NCBI GenBank assembly: GCA_963924565.1
Contig: OZ004613.1
Coordinates: 27,404,001-27,468,000 of the forward strand
Direction: 5' to 3'
DNA: 64,000 nucleotides
From: Ascidiella aspersa
Taxonomy: Eukaryota
Shown here: positions 1-12,500 of the stretch, one piece after another
Layout: each line of letters starts with the position of its first letter
Position numbering within the stretch: position 1 is the stretch's first letter
Program-made: the position numbers and the translations under genes
Notes under the pieces: generated by a model
What the model was told of the DNA's origin: nothing
Database searches by the model: none
The model's input: only the letters and a program-made list of their open reading frames with translations

Positions 1-363
1 AACTTCGGAAACTTTCGCCACAACTTCGGAATCGTTCGATATTTCTCCACACAAAACACCAAAGAGCTCAACGGCCTCTAACAACTCAATTGTTTCGCCC
101 GAGAAATTAACCACCGTTGGCTTGGTACTCATAATTTTCTTGGCGATTTTATTTTTCTAACGCATTTAATGTGTATATCTTGTCAGTCGTCATTTGAAAT
201 TAGAAACAAAACTAAGTCCAATGCTGCTTGGCAGATATGAAAGCCATCACATGACGCTTTGTAACAACAGCAATATTCCTTGTTTAGTTTTCAACTTAAA
301 TAATAAAATTGAAAGCCGAAAATCTGTGGCACTATTAATCTAGTAATATAATCGAATCTAGAG

Positions 364-713
364 CAGTGTTCTTAACCTTTTTAGCGCTCGTACCCTTTGA
401 TCTTTCATGGAATTTTCTCCAACCCGCTGCCTACACAGTAACTAAAATTGTAATACCAGGAAAATAAACTCAGTGTATTTCTGACTTACGTGTTGGATAC
501 ATGCGTTAAATACAGTCGTGTAGGTTCAACAATATTTAAACAAACAATCCGCCAATTTACTAATGCCTTTTTTGTTGTTGCTTTTAGCCAAGTAAATTAC
601 GCATTCTTTACAAATATGCCTAAATAGCGCATAATTTCACTTTGCATGTCGCATCCCTGCTTTGGTGCTTCGTACCACCAAGGTGTACACATACGCCTGG
701 TTAAGAACACCTG
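364..713. mobile_element. Non-autonomous hAT-like MITE
   Basis: Termini CAGTGTTCTTAACC...GGTTAAGAACACCTG; imperfect 8-bp TSD atctagag/ctccagag. Confidence 0.7.
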
Positions 714-1292
714 CTCCAGAGTATTATCATCATAGGTTAATCTAGTATATAATCGTATCATTATAATAAATGGCAAAGTTTGTCCGCCGGTCGCCGGTTC
801 ACTTTAAGAGACAGACAAAGCAACTCTGATCATCCTGATTCCTTTTAAACGTCTTTCTTCCAGAGAAAAACGGATCAACAAGCGAGTCAAGGGGGCGTGG
901 TCGCACAACTGTTAAACATAATCATACCAATTTTTACCTTTAGAATTCGGCCTAATGTCAGGTTGTAAAATTCATTTACAAAAGTTTTATCAGTGTTATT
1001 TCCAGTGACAAAGAAGGATATTTTAAATTAGTTGAACAAATCTGATGATGTCTGCTGGTTTCCCATGCCCAAACATTAAACGAAGTGGCAATTAACTGTG
1101 ACTTATTAGGTCTTGAGATGGTATACTGGTCAACTTATGTGTTTAAAGGGGACAGAAATGTGTAGTGTTGTGTATCCAGTATATGTCTAGCCAGTGCGTT
1201 TGGTTTTAAATAAAAGCAACTTGACCAGCAAATTCAATTTAAAAACAAAAATAATAATAAAATTAACATGAATAAATCACTTTCGTTTCACA

Positions 1293-1378
1293 TTACTCTG
1301 CGAGCCCGAACGGGTAACTGGATGATGTGATCCAGCCTTCCGATTCTGGATTTAGTTCAATCTCGCGGTCACAAGACG
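1293..1378 (-). pseudogene. Orphan truncated CUB-domain exon
   Basis: After a ttag acceptor (phase 1) it reads ASCDREIELNPESEGWITSSSYP, homologous to the CUB2 exon ASCDRDVKLIPGSEGFINSPNYP at 13839-14013. It then diverges and stops (TAA 1293-1295). Confidence 0.7.
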
Positions 1379-2047
1379 CTAAGTTATTTGCTGCTTGGTA
1401 AAATTAAATTAAGACGTTCAAAGGTAGTTTTTCCCAGGTTATTAACAGAAAATTAGCTTTCCATGAATCTTTAGTTGAAAACGTAATATTTTAATTATTT
1501 TTTTTATGTTTTAAAGTAGAATAGTTGCGTTTGGTCGTAAATCGTGGCTAAAAAATCTTATTAAATTAGTATCAGAACAACACTCACAGCACGTCTCTTT
1601 TTGCTGCTTATACTTTTTCCGATTGGAAATCACCGACACTGCGCTTAGTCAGAAGGTACATCTGCGGGCGCTTTCCTTCAAAAGTCCAAAACGGAGGCAA
1701 TTTGATACAGTCAGGCTTTTCTCCTCAGCAACTCGTATCTGCGTCAAACCTCAACCAGTGGACGAAAATTGTGACGCAGTGTTAATTATATCTTCGCTGC
1801 GTCACGTCACTGACAGGAAGCGTGGGTTAAACAGACAGGCTATCAATGCACATTACTCAACGTACGCAAGTCTTAGAAATTAAGCCCTATACAGAGCGCC
1901 GTGTCTGCATATTAGACTTCGCAGAGGAATAAAGTTGTTTAATGACCGAGCTAAGAAAATCTGGAATTTTGGTAACTTTTAGAAAGAATATAAAATAAAA
2001 GTTAGGTTTTTCATATTTACTTTTGATGCATGAATGGCGCCATGAGC

Positions 2048-5000
2048 ATGTCGGACAAACTACTCTCATTAGTATTTTACACTGCTTTATTTCGGATGGC
2101 AATGAGTGCAGGTAATTTGTGTGTTTTGTAGTAAAACAACAATAAGAAATAAGTGTTGGTGTTTTTTAAGGTTTTGCATCAAAAGAGCCATAAAAACTTG
2201 CGAAATATTCAAACTGCAACTTTTGAACTATTTATTTCGGGTATTTTTACTGCCTTTGAATTGGCGTTCTGTCGGAAAAGTAAATACTACAAATTTAGCT
2301 GAATTATTTCCTTGTCTAACTTTATCTTTTTAAGTTTGGAACAGCATTTTAAACATAGCTATTCTATTTAAACTTCTCCTAGGCTTTAAAAACATATATG
2401 GATAAAAAATGTGAGTTCTATGCAAAACAGCATTATGGGGGCTAATCGGTTAGTCATATAATAATTAACCAACGGTGACAAAAATCGTGCGATTTGTTAA
2501 TCGTAAACAAGTTTTTTTTATGCCATTGCATTTTGTTTTAGATAAGTTGCTAAACTGCAAAACGATGATTTAGTGAAACCAACAGTTTAGGAAACCCAAC
2601 CAATTAACTAGGAATATAATATACATTAAATATTTTTTAAGCATCAGCTCGCATTTAGGCTAATAAAATTGTTTGAACGAAAAATCCGACACTTTGCACT
2701 CTCAACGTGCGCCCTATCTTGGTTGTGTTATTGAACATTACTCAAGCCTATCGTAGCAAAACACCCACATCCTAATCAAGTGCTGATGTAGGCGGCAGTT
2801 TGCCTGCTGCAACGTTTGCGTTGTTGGTGGTTTTCAGGAAGGTATATGATGTCATTGCTGTCTCCGTGATAAGGTGTGTGGTGAAACGGTTCTCAAACTG
2901 TATAAAGCGGCGAACAAAATTATTAAGTGCGCTGTGAAATTTTTACTTCGGTAAATAGAATATTACAAACAAGAATGCAGACAAGCATTTTTCGTAAAAC
3001 AATAAAAACAAGCAGATTTTTTTTTAAATATTTAAAAAATAAAAATGAACGCTTTATTTAATCAATATTTTTTGTCATCAAATTTGGAATAAAGCATAAC
3101 CTGACTGTAAAATACTGTGGCGCTATGATAAAGTAAACCGATTTTATTAAGGTTCGGGTTCCGTCAACAAATATATTAGGTTCAGTTCCGCTTTGTTTCC
3201 TTAAATATTACGAAAACGGTTCAGGTTCGTCTACGGTTCGGGAAAAAAACTAGCCAAAAACCGGTTCATAAAGTTTCGGTTCGGGTTCGGTTCATCTTCC
3301 TGATATTAATGTATCTTGTTCCTTCAGTGTAGCGATTATAATTTGGCACATTTTTTGCTCGTTGTTGCAATGAACTTTTCATGTCACTTTTAAGATGCAT
3401 TTACGTTTTATACGCTGTTTTATCCCACGGTTTAAAAAATTGATAACATTGTTCTAAAACACTGTTGTTTTGTATCTGTTTATTTTAAGCACTTCCGGGT
3501 TCAATTTATTTTTACCGTCACGTTCAGGCAAGATGCCAATTCGTGCGGGCAACCGTGTTTACTGTTTTCTGTCCATCGGGATGAAGAAATGATAATAAAA
3601 AAGTCAATTTATTTTTACAGTCACGTTCAGGCAAGATGCCAATTCGTGCGGGCAACCGTGTTTACTGTTTTCTGTCCATCGGGATGAAGAAATGATAATA
3701 AAAAAGTCAATTTATTTTTACAGTCACGTGCAGGCAAGATGCCGAGTCCTTGTGGAGAATCGTGTTTACTGTTATCTGTCCATCGGGATGCAGGAATGAT
3801 GATAAAAAAGTTTGGGGAACTGATATTTACACTTCTGACTCTTCAATTTGCAAGGCGGCCATCCATGCCGGCGTCATCACAAGTAATAGTCAATCTCTTT
3901 ATTAATTCCGTTGCCATTTTAATCCTCATATCTCAGTGTTTCTCAACGACCTAATATTGGGTCGCCGTTTAAATTGGTTGGGCCGCGGGATACAGTAGTT
4001 TTTAAGGCTTAGATTGCTATGTATTGATTCTGATAAAGATTGCTTCAATACTTGAGAAAATTGCGGAAGTAACACGAAAATTTGGCTTATCTTATCAAAC
4101 TTGGAAGCTGTTTGTGCTAATGTGTTACGTGGTGGTCGCTTACAAATAGTTCAATGAAGAGAGGTGGTCGCCAAAATTTCGCTGTTAAACTTATGTATTT
4201 GGGTCGCCGCGTAAAAAGGTTAAAAAACACTGTAATATCTGGTACTTTGTTGTTCTTTCAAATACTCTTTCACCTTTTTGATACCGTGCTTCTATTTTGT
4301 TAAATTGTTGGCGTGTAACATTTCATTTTTTTCAGATAATGGAGGATCTGTTATTGTTCAAAAAGTCACTGGATTAAACAGTTACGAGGGAAGTGAAAGA
4401 AACGGAATAACCACCCGAGGGTGGAATGACTACTATGATGCGTTCAAAGTGTTTGGTAAGGCGTGATTCTGCGATGCTTTCCATTGCATCTGAACTTGTA
4501 TTTTGGGGGACAAAAATATAACTATTGTTACTTGTTTAGCAAAGCAAGCTCTACAGGTAAAATACACATCAGGGTTGTCAGTTTGGATTTTTTAAAGCCA
4601 AATTTGAAAACTAGGCTTCATTCAAACCACTTTAGATTTATTTATTTAAAAAAAAATTCAAACGAAATTTGTCGTTTTTAGGCTTTTTTGTTTCATTCAA
4701 AAATTAAAAAAAAAAAAAATTGCCAAGCAAAATTTACAAAAAAAATTGAAAAAAGAGAAATTCAATGTACCAGCATGACCATTTATTGGATTATCTATTT
4801 TCAGCAAAAACATAGGCTTGTTAGCGTTTGTAGCAGATTAGGCTTCTTTTGGCCTTTTTTAGGCAAGTTAAGCATTTTTTACTTTGGCCATCTGGCAACC
4901 ATGATACACATGTACAGCGTCAAACAATTAACACACATTGGTTCGGTCATGTGTGCGATATCTGGCTGGCTTAACACTTTACATTTGGGCAGCATAAACT

Positions 5001-5972
5001 TGCCGAATAATTTACTAATGCTTTAGTCATATGCGTTAGACAGCCGTCCCTTTCTGGTTTTGTAAATTCATTTGTTAATGACTATATTCTCATTTTAATG
5101 GCTGACACGCGTACCCAATGTGAAAAGCCAAATAATCAGTAGACTCTGTGCCGGTCATGCTGTACATCACATATTTGGAACGGTATAATTACATGTAAAA
5201 AAACTCTCTTTATTAAGATTAAGTTAATTTCTCCTTAATGCACCAGACCTAAAATTTGTCAAACATTTACAAAGTCATTGTTAACCCCCATAGGGTAAAG
5301 GTTATGTTTATATTAATAGCAGTAATAACTACAACAACTTCAACAACAAGGAGTACTATACGCCCAACGTCGACGATTTCATCAACAACCAGGCAATCAT
5401 CAACAAGGCAATCCACAACTAACTTGTCTCAATCCAATCAGACATTTTCGACTCAAGCAAGTGTACCCCAAAGCAACGCGCAGACTTTCAACTCCGTATC
5501 CTCTACTTTGCAGACCTTCAACGCCAGCCTTTTAACTTCCCAGCCAATCAACGATACGTCACAAAATGGCGGAAAAGTTGAGGGGAATTCCCTTGACACC
5601 ACGAGGCTGGCAGCAGGATTAGTCTCGGGTGCAGTCGCAATTGTACTGCTCATCTGTTTAGCTTTGCTTATTATAAGAAGACATAAAAGACAGAAGCTGT
5701 CCGCTAAAACCGAGACACCAATCTCCAATGCAACACAGAACCATAGGGAAGTCGTTAATAACGTGCTATACACCAGCTATGATAACGAACTTGCCACTGA
5801 GAATGAAAATACTTATCAAGTTGTAGATAATGTTGTTGAAAACGAAAATCACGCAGTGTACGAAGTTCCGGAAAGAACAAGCGAGAAAGAAGAAGTGGAC
5901 AATATTTTATACGGCGACACAAAAGTAAGCGACCAAAAGGAAGAAGTTGTCAACCCGCTGTATGACTTGTGA
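2048..5972 (+). CDS. LCCL-domain type I membrane receptor (signal-LCCL-S/T stalk-TM-NxxY-repeat tail), ~331 aa
   Basis: join(2048..2111,3724..3882,4336..4455,5320..5972); all introns GT-AG, phase 1. Signal [21 protein letters not shown] (in-frame ATGs also at 2030 and 2042). LCCL motif [69 protein letters not shown]. Tail NVLY, NTY, VYEVP, NILY, NPLYDL. Confidence 0.88.
3501..3706 (+). repeat. Two 103-bp tandem defective copies of the acceptor and 5' half of the LCCL exon
   Basis: Units start at 3501 and 3604; the functional copy starts at 3707. The dead copies carry TGC>TTC, TGC>TGA and a 1-bp deletion; the first has ccg in place of the cag acceptor. Confidence 0.9.
3934..4232. mobile_element. 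hAT-like MITE in intron 2 of the LCCL gene
   Basis: CAGTGTTTCTCAAC...GTTAAAAAACACTG termini; TSD tcatatct/taatatct. Confidence 0.75.
4570..4903. mobile_element. hAT-like MITE in intron 3 of the LCCL gene
   Basis: TIRs CAGGGTTGTCAG/CTGGCAACCATG; perfect 8-bp TSD atacacat. Confidence 0.85.
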
Positions 5973-6714
5973 AATGCCTCCTAACTATTAATCCAATAGG
6001 CGGAAATTGGCATTATACATAAAACAGCGTAAGGTGGAATATGTTTCAGTTGTTTGTTAATTTTTAAACTGATTTTTGTTGTTTTGTTATGCCTAAGTCA
6101 AACTACTTTTAGTAATATTGTGCCACTTTTAGAAATGATTAGTTTTGTAAAATTAAAAAATCATACGTTTTTTTAACATTTGGTTTGCAAGTTAGGGAGT
6201 GTTCTTTAGTTAATTGCGAACTCTGGTTGCTTGAAGTTCAATTGCTGTCAACATATCATGGTTACTCAAATGTACTGAATCACTACCATGGTCACTGAAA
6301 TGTACTATAATTTTGGAAATAAAGACAAAAGTCGATTTTAAGTGGTTAAGACATTCGAACAAGAACTGGCGATTCACGGAAATTATATAAAAATCCTTGT
6401 ACACTTCCATCAATGTAGACAACATAACACGACATTTTAGTCAATGATTTATGGATTTTAATTTTTAAGAGTCCCTAAAAATGTTGCAGAACCGCAAACG
6501 GGCAAACAAAATGTTAAATTTATAGATGACTGTTTTGTTTTAACTTTATTTAACCAGGTACGCCAACTTGATCTAGCCGTGGAGTACCAAGTAAGTTTAA
6601 CGTAAAACCCGAACAGAAATCTTTATGAACCGGGTAAAGGCTGATTTGGTCGGACTTGAACCGATTTTTTAAGGCTTTAAGACGTCGAACCGGAACTGAA
6701 TAAACAGTTTAAAG

Positions 6715-7150
6715 CAGGGCTGCGGAGTAGGTTAAAACAAACTCGAGTCCGAGTCCCGGATCCGACTCCGGCAAAATGTGCGATTTCGTCAAGTCCCGAG
6801 CCCGGCTGCCATTCTACAGTTTGTATTCCACCCATTTGCATAAAATCAGGTGAATGTTCAGCAATCCACTCATTGGCGTGTTATATAATTCATCCACCCA
6901 CAATACATATAGTTGGAAAATATTCCAGCATATGTTATTCCCCTTTACACTTTGCGGCCTTGTCGGTTTCGAATTTGGTACTGCGCATGTGCAATTCGAA
7001 TTGGGTACTCGCGTAGTATTACGTATAGTCTTACTCGAGTCCGTGTACCGAATGCGACTCAAGCAAAATAAACCGATTCCTTCAAGTCTTGAGTCCGAGT
7101 CCGAGTCCAGAGTCCAAGTCCATGTCTGGGCCCGGGTCCCGAGTTCAAAT
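6715..7150. mobile_element. hAT-like element remnant with GAGTCC subterminal repeats
   Basis: Starts CAGGGCTGCGGAGT; arrays of gagtcc; related right ends (..GCAGCCCTG) at 8408 and 63848. Confidence 0.55.
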
Positions 7151-7465
7151 TAAAGTAACATGAACCATTTCTTACAACATATTCTTAAAACATAGGCGTT
7201 TCTATATTGTATGTAGTGTATATTTTTTACCCCTGGTATGTATTGTTAGTTGATGTTATTGTACAAGATATACTTGTTTAGTCCAAAAATTGGATCTCTA
7301 GGAGCTGATTGAACTTACCTAAGATTTTATAAAATACAGCGGCTGCAGAAACAGAAAAAAACTTTAGGTTTGAAACACAATTTATGGATCGACGACAAAG
7401 TCTATTTAAAACCGGTGTAAAAAGATGAATTTCCTGTCGCAAAACATAAATTTATCTATAAAAAC

Positions 7466-7700
7466 GAATTGCAAAGCCAAATAGGTCAAGTAAACCGACA
7501 ATTAACTTACATAAGACGTTTCGATAACTTTTGTACTATCTTCAGTTAACGTGACCGAAATTGCTTTGATCTTTTATAAGTGATGCTGTAATTTACTTCC
7601 CAGTCACTTTAACTGAAGATGCTAAAAGTTCGTGCCAAAACGTCTTGATCAAAATGAAGTCGATCTAGTCGAATTTTTTGGCTTTGCAATTCATCATCAA
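7466..7700. mobile_element. Foldback MITE (family also at 45066-45260 and 62487-62679)
   Basis: gaattgcaaagcc...ggctttgcaattc inverted termini shared by three dispersed copies. Confidence 0.65.
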
Positions 7701-7989
7701 GTTACATTACAGATTTGTATAAAGTGTACCCAAGTATAAACAGTCCTGCTATGAAGTTCTGTAACCCGAGATAAAACAATGTTTGTTAAGTTTTTCCAAT
7801 TCATATTTAGCGATAAATCGTTGAACATTTCGCTTGCTTCCTCGCAGTATCGCCTGCTCCGAAATATATGAGAAAACATTTTAGAGATGCCGTCATTATG
7901 TGATTACATAAAACAAAGGGTCACGAAATTTCGGCCCATGTCATCCCCAAATAATGTTATTTCAAGTTTTAAACGTAAAACTTTATTGG

Positions 7990-8780
7990 GTACAAATCCA
8001 AGCTAAATGTTTCATATGTGATATGATCCGCCGTGGTAAAGAGTCTGCAGGTGCATCTGGAGTTTGCTGGGTACTGGTTCGGAAACTTGGTCGAGTTAAT
8101 TAAACCTTCGGATCCTGGGTTTAGCTTAATCACTCGATTGCAGGACGCTGTGCAACACCAAATAAAAAGTACTACCCTCTTGTGATTTTTCTTCCTTGAA
8201 ATAAATTTAGATTGCTGCAGGTAAAAGGTAAAGCTTTTGTTTCATCGCTAAATGAACCCAAAACCGGTGAAAAATGTCATGGGGATTTGTATTCTTGTTA
8301 TTTTATTAGGTGGGAGTTAATTTGTAACAAGGGTGGGGGCTCGGGACTCGGGTAGTTTTACGCGGTCTTACTCGAGTCCCGAGCCCCGAGTCCGACTCGG
8401 CAGCCCTGACTCAAACAGTTGTAATATCCACAAAACAATAAGTGCTCCAGAGTGATGTAGCCTACGCAGCCAAACCAAATGGTGTTTTTCAGGTTTATTT
8501 ACTGTTTGTAGTTATGCTGGAAACGGATCTATCTCTTCTACCAATTGACGAAGGTTCATATTGTTAATGCAAAAGTTAGGCTGATTTCAACCCGGCGAAT
8601 GTAATAGATTCTTATAGTCAATTGGCATTTGGCAGAACTATGACTTCACATATCATTTATTGGTACATTCTTTAGCTCGAATGTTATTGAATGATATTAC
8701 AATCTCGCATCTACTGTACAAAATACCTTCGAACCTATAGGCAGAACATTTGGCGTGCTGAGATTATATTTTTTATGTAG
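7990..8780 (-). pseudogene. Truncated paralog of the CUB gene: first CUB exon plus intron and upstream remnants, leader exon missing
   Basis: From the acceptor at 8147 it reads ASCNRVIKLNPGSEGLINSTKFPNQYPANSRCTCRLFTTADHI and then degenerates. 8150-8330 resembles 14930-15150; ~8490-8770 resembles ~15930-16160. Confidence 0.75.
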
Positions 8781-9567
8781 ATGCAGGCATCCGAGGGGAG
8801 TGGAAGTTGTAGCATCGTTTGAGATTGATCACGAGCTGCTATAATCTATTTATTAGGCATCGTTTTGTTTATTACATCTTTTAATTGAAAAGTTTTGCCA
8901 AGCTTTTTGATTGGACTGGATTTTAGTTCTATGTTTGCGCACGAGTTCGCTCGAGAACAGCAGGTGTTTTTGCGATGTGTAAAATAATTTGTGCCAGTTT
9001 ATGCATTTTCTGAGTAGGTTATTGGAAAATAAAATAAACACACAATAAACACGAATATTGCACACAATATTCACATGATAATTTTACAAGAAGGGTGACG
9101 TCTAAAAAAACTACGGAAAAATGAAAACACAACAGTTTTGCCATATAACCTTGTTTTCGTAATTGTGACCGCTTAAGTTGATTGTAATGTACAGCATATA
9201 GTGTTTTCGTCAACAACAGGACTGAAAGTAGAATACTTTTTTTAGATGAACTATGAAAAATTGTCTTACGGGAACGTGTCAAAATTTCAAAGATGACAAG
9301 ACGTCTAAGACAATTAATCTCAGGAAACATAAGGCTAACATTCGGATTTGTGCAGAAATGTGCATCTGAAATCTTAGTTGAAATACAGTCAAGGGGATGA
9401 AGGGAAAATTGTCTTGTGAAAAAATATTTTTTTAAGTTCCGCTGTACTGAAAAATGATATTTTACCGGATCGCCGTTCCACGTTCAACACTGGTCGAGAA
9501 CCATAACTTTACAAAACAGCATCGATATTGTGTAAAGTGTAATACGTGGCAAGACGAATCAAAGAAA

Positions 9568-12500
9568 TTAATTGTTGACGAGAAGAAATAGTGATAAAAG
9601 GATGAGTAGAACTTTGCAGATTTGAAATTCAGTTTGGTCAAGAGTTCCTATTGCGTTGTTTACACTCGTGGGAATAGATGTTGTTGAAATGTTACAGTCA
9701 GTTAACATTTTGTCGTGTGTTTCTTGGTAAACTGTAAAAGTAAAAAGGGCAATTGTTGTGAAAAATACGTCGTATAATCTTGTAAAGCCATCTGTGTGTT
9801 ATGCACGCACAACCAACCAAAACAAACGAATGAACGAACTCTGGTGCTTTTCAATTAACGCACTGTGTGTCTCATAAAAAAATAACAAGTCCATTCCTAA
9901 CCCTAAGCCATCAGCTGCTGTTAAGTCATTATTAGACCAGTTCACCTCCAAGCCAAATCAATGATATTAGAATAAAAACAAAAAATATTTAGGTCAACTA
10001 AAAAAATAACAGAAAAACAACAAGGAACAATCTATTTTTTTGTAAGAGATAAATATCTCAACTTTATAATAAATATCTCAACTTTCTATTATATCATAAT
10101 AGTTATAAATAAAACCACTTATTTCTAAACGTTTTGAATCAGGAATTAAGCCAATTCATTTTACCAAAACCAAATGAGTCAAGTCAAGTCATTTAAAATT
10201 AGTGACTCAATTTCACTTAATTTAGTCATTGACTTAAAGTCATTACAATACTGCATGAAGCTTCTTATACTATTGAAGTCATACATCTGGTTGCACCACG
10301 ATTGATTATTATCAACTGTCTGTAGACGAGAACCAACATACTGGGGGAGATTTGGTTAGAAATGCAACTGAGGATGCTTTTGGTCGGACAATTCGTTAAA
10401 ATTGTACCAGGAATGTATCTGACACTGAAACCATAAAAGTAAAACACTTGTAAGGTGTGCGGTGAATTATATAATGTTTCACCTATGGAATGATTATCGT
10501 CAAGAGCCCTCATTGGTATTGTTTGGTCGAGTTTTGTCGATACGTTGTACTTCATTCTGGTAGAAGATGTTTCAAAAGTACTTTCGTCGTTTGAGAAAGG
10601 CGCATTTGCTGCTTTGTAGGCTTGAGCAACTTTTCAATGCAACAAATGGAAACAATTCAGAAATCTCAACTTATTTATCATTTTTATTTTTATTTAGTTA
10701 AAATATTCTTATTTGTTTCCAACCATTATTGTACACGCATATTGTCAGTGTTGTAAACAAGTCATTTTGAAATGACTTAAGTCCCAGTCAAGTTATTTAT
10801 AAAATAACTTAAGTCCAAGTCAAGTCTTTTCGAATAAATAACAAGTCAAGTCCCAGTCCAAGTCATCAGTTGCTCAAGTCAAGTCCCAGTCAAGTCATAA
10901 CTAGAGCAAGTCAACTTCAAGTCATCTCCTTGTCATAAAAATAAAACGTTAAACTATTAGAAATTTCAAACTCGCATGATTATGAACAATAACTGAACTA
11001 AAAAATAAGAAAAACGGAACATATAGCAAGCAATTTGTTTTTTGTTGGACAAACAGCTCAATTTAAAAAAAAAATACTTGAAGAAATGCTTTATTTCAAC
11101 CCAAGTCATTTGTTCAAAAGACTTAAGTCAAGTCAAGTCATTTCAAAACAGTGACTTAAGTGCACTTAAGTCAAGTCATTACAACACGCATATTGGTGTT
11201 ACAATCAAAGAAATAATTCAGCGAATCCTGTTTTCAACTTAACACTTCACGTACCAGTTGCAGAATGTATCCGATGATTTTTAAATAGTCGAATTACTGC
11301 ACATTTGTTATATATGGTATATAGCAAAGTAGAGCCCAAATTTTAAGTTTCCCACTTTAATATTATAGTGAGATTGCAGTTGTTGGTTTAATAAAAAAGT
11401 TATTTAAGACATACCTGATTTGTTGCGTCCTTGTTCATAATTTTAACGACAAAATAAAACAAAACAACATCGTGCATATATCAATAAATTCCAACAAGTA
11501 GATTAATTATTATCACCTGTGAAAGCCACTCCACTAACGTTCCTATTGCTTGGTGTAGTTCGGTCGAGCTTTGTTGAAACATAATTCTTTATTCTGGGAG
11601 TAGGTGCTGTCAAAGTACTTCCATCGGGTGGGGACACTGGATTAAAGTAACAAAACAGGCACGTGTTTGGGGAACCAAGGTATGGGGGCTACAAGGAAAT
11701 TTCCATACCCCAATTTCCAATAGTGTCTCAGTGTTTTAAAAATAATTTAAGTATGCCAGGACTTTTAAGTATGCGAGGACTAATTGACCCGGTTAAAAAT
11801 ATTTTTTGTCAATTTTTCTTTCTCAAGTATCATGTTTAAACTCTCTATATTTTCGAAGATAATATAGTGTGTGGTTTATTGTGTTTATGTTTTGATACAT
11901 ATAGCGAACCCAAGTCTTAATTGCTTAGGGCCTCTGAAAAGCATGATCTGGCCCTGAAACATATTTCTCGCTTGGTTATGTCAAGCAACTTTACAAAGCA
12001 AAAACAACGTTACAGCGAAAGAAAGATTTCCTTTTTTTTCCATCAGTAAGTCATCGAAAATTTGATTGAAAATGTTAATTTAAGTTATTTTGCTTCTTTT
12101 CCACAAGGTTACAACTAACCAGTCAGTGGCGTAAGTCTCATTAATAAGACACACTCACCAGCTCATTACTAGACTTCAGTGTTGTAATGATTTGAGTGCA
12201 CTTAAGTCACTGTTTTTCAATCACTTAACTGAAGTCATTTGGGAAAAATGACTTGCGTTGACTTATGTCTTTCGGACGAATGACTTGGGTTAAATCACAG
12301 TGATATTTGAAAGATTTTTTTGTAGGTATATATCCTAATTTTTCTAAATGAAACGGTAAGCTTGCTATATGTTGCGATTTTGTTATTTTTCTGAGTATAG
12401 GTATTGTGGCAATCGAGTTAGTTTATCTCTTCTGGTAATTTAACGCGTAAATTTCGTAACAAGGACTTGACTTGGAATTGACGAGCTATAATTATGACTT

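Noticed and set aside
1623-1883. Short ORF-track entries here and at 62161-63830
   Set aside because: No recognisable domain, splice context or paralog support.
6715-8408. Pack-hAT element capturing a CUB exon between CAGGGCTGCGGAGT and ACTCGGCAGCCCTG
   Set aside because: No matching TSD, and homology to the CUB locus continues beyond 8408.
10265-10425. Additional stalk exon of the CUB gene
   Set aside because: An acceptor exists, but the phase-1 frame stops after 9 codons; left out of the model, though it could be an alternative secreted ending.
10780-10930. CRISPR-like or satellite array (aagtc repeats)
   Set aside because: Eukaryotic context, no regular spacers; these are subterminal repeats of a MITE with TIRs and TSD.
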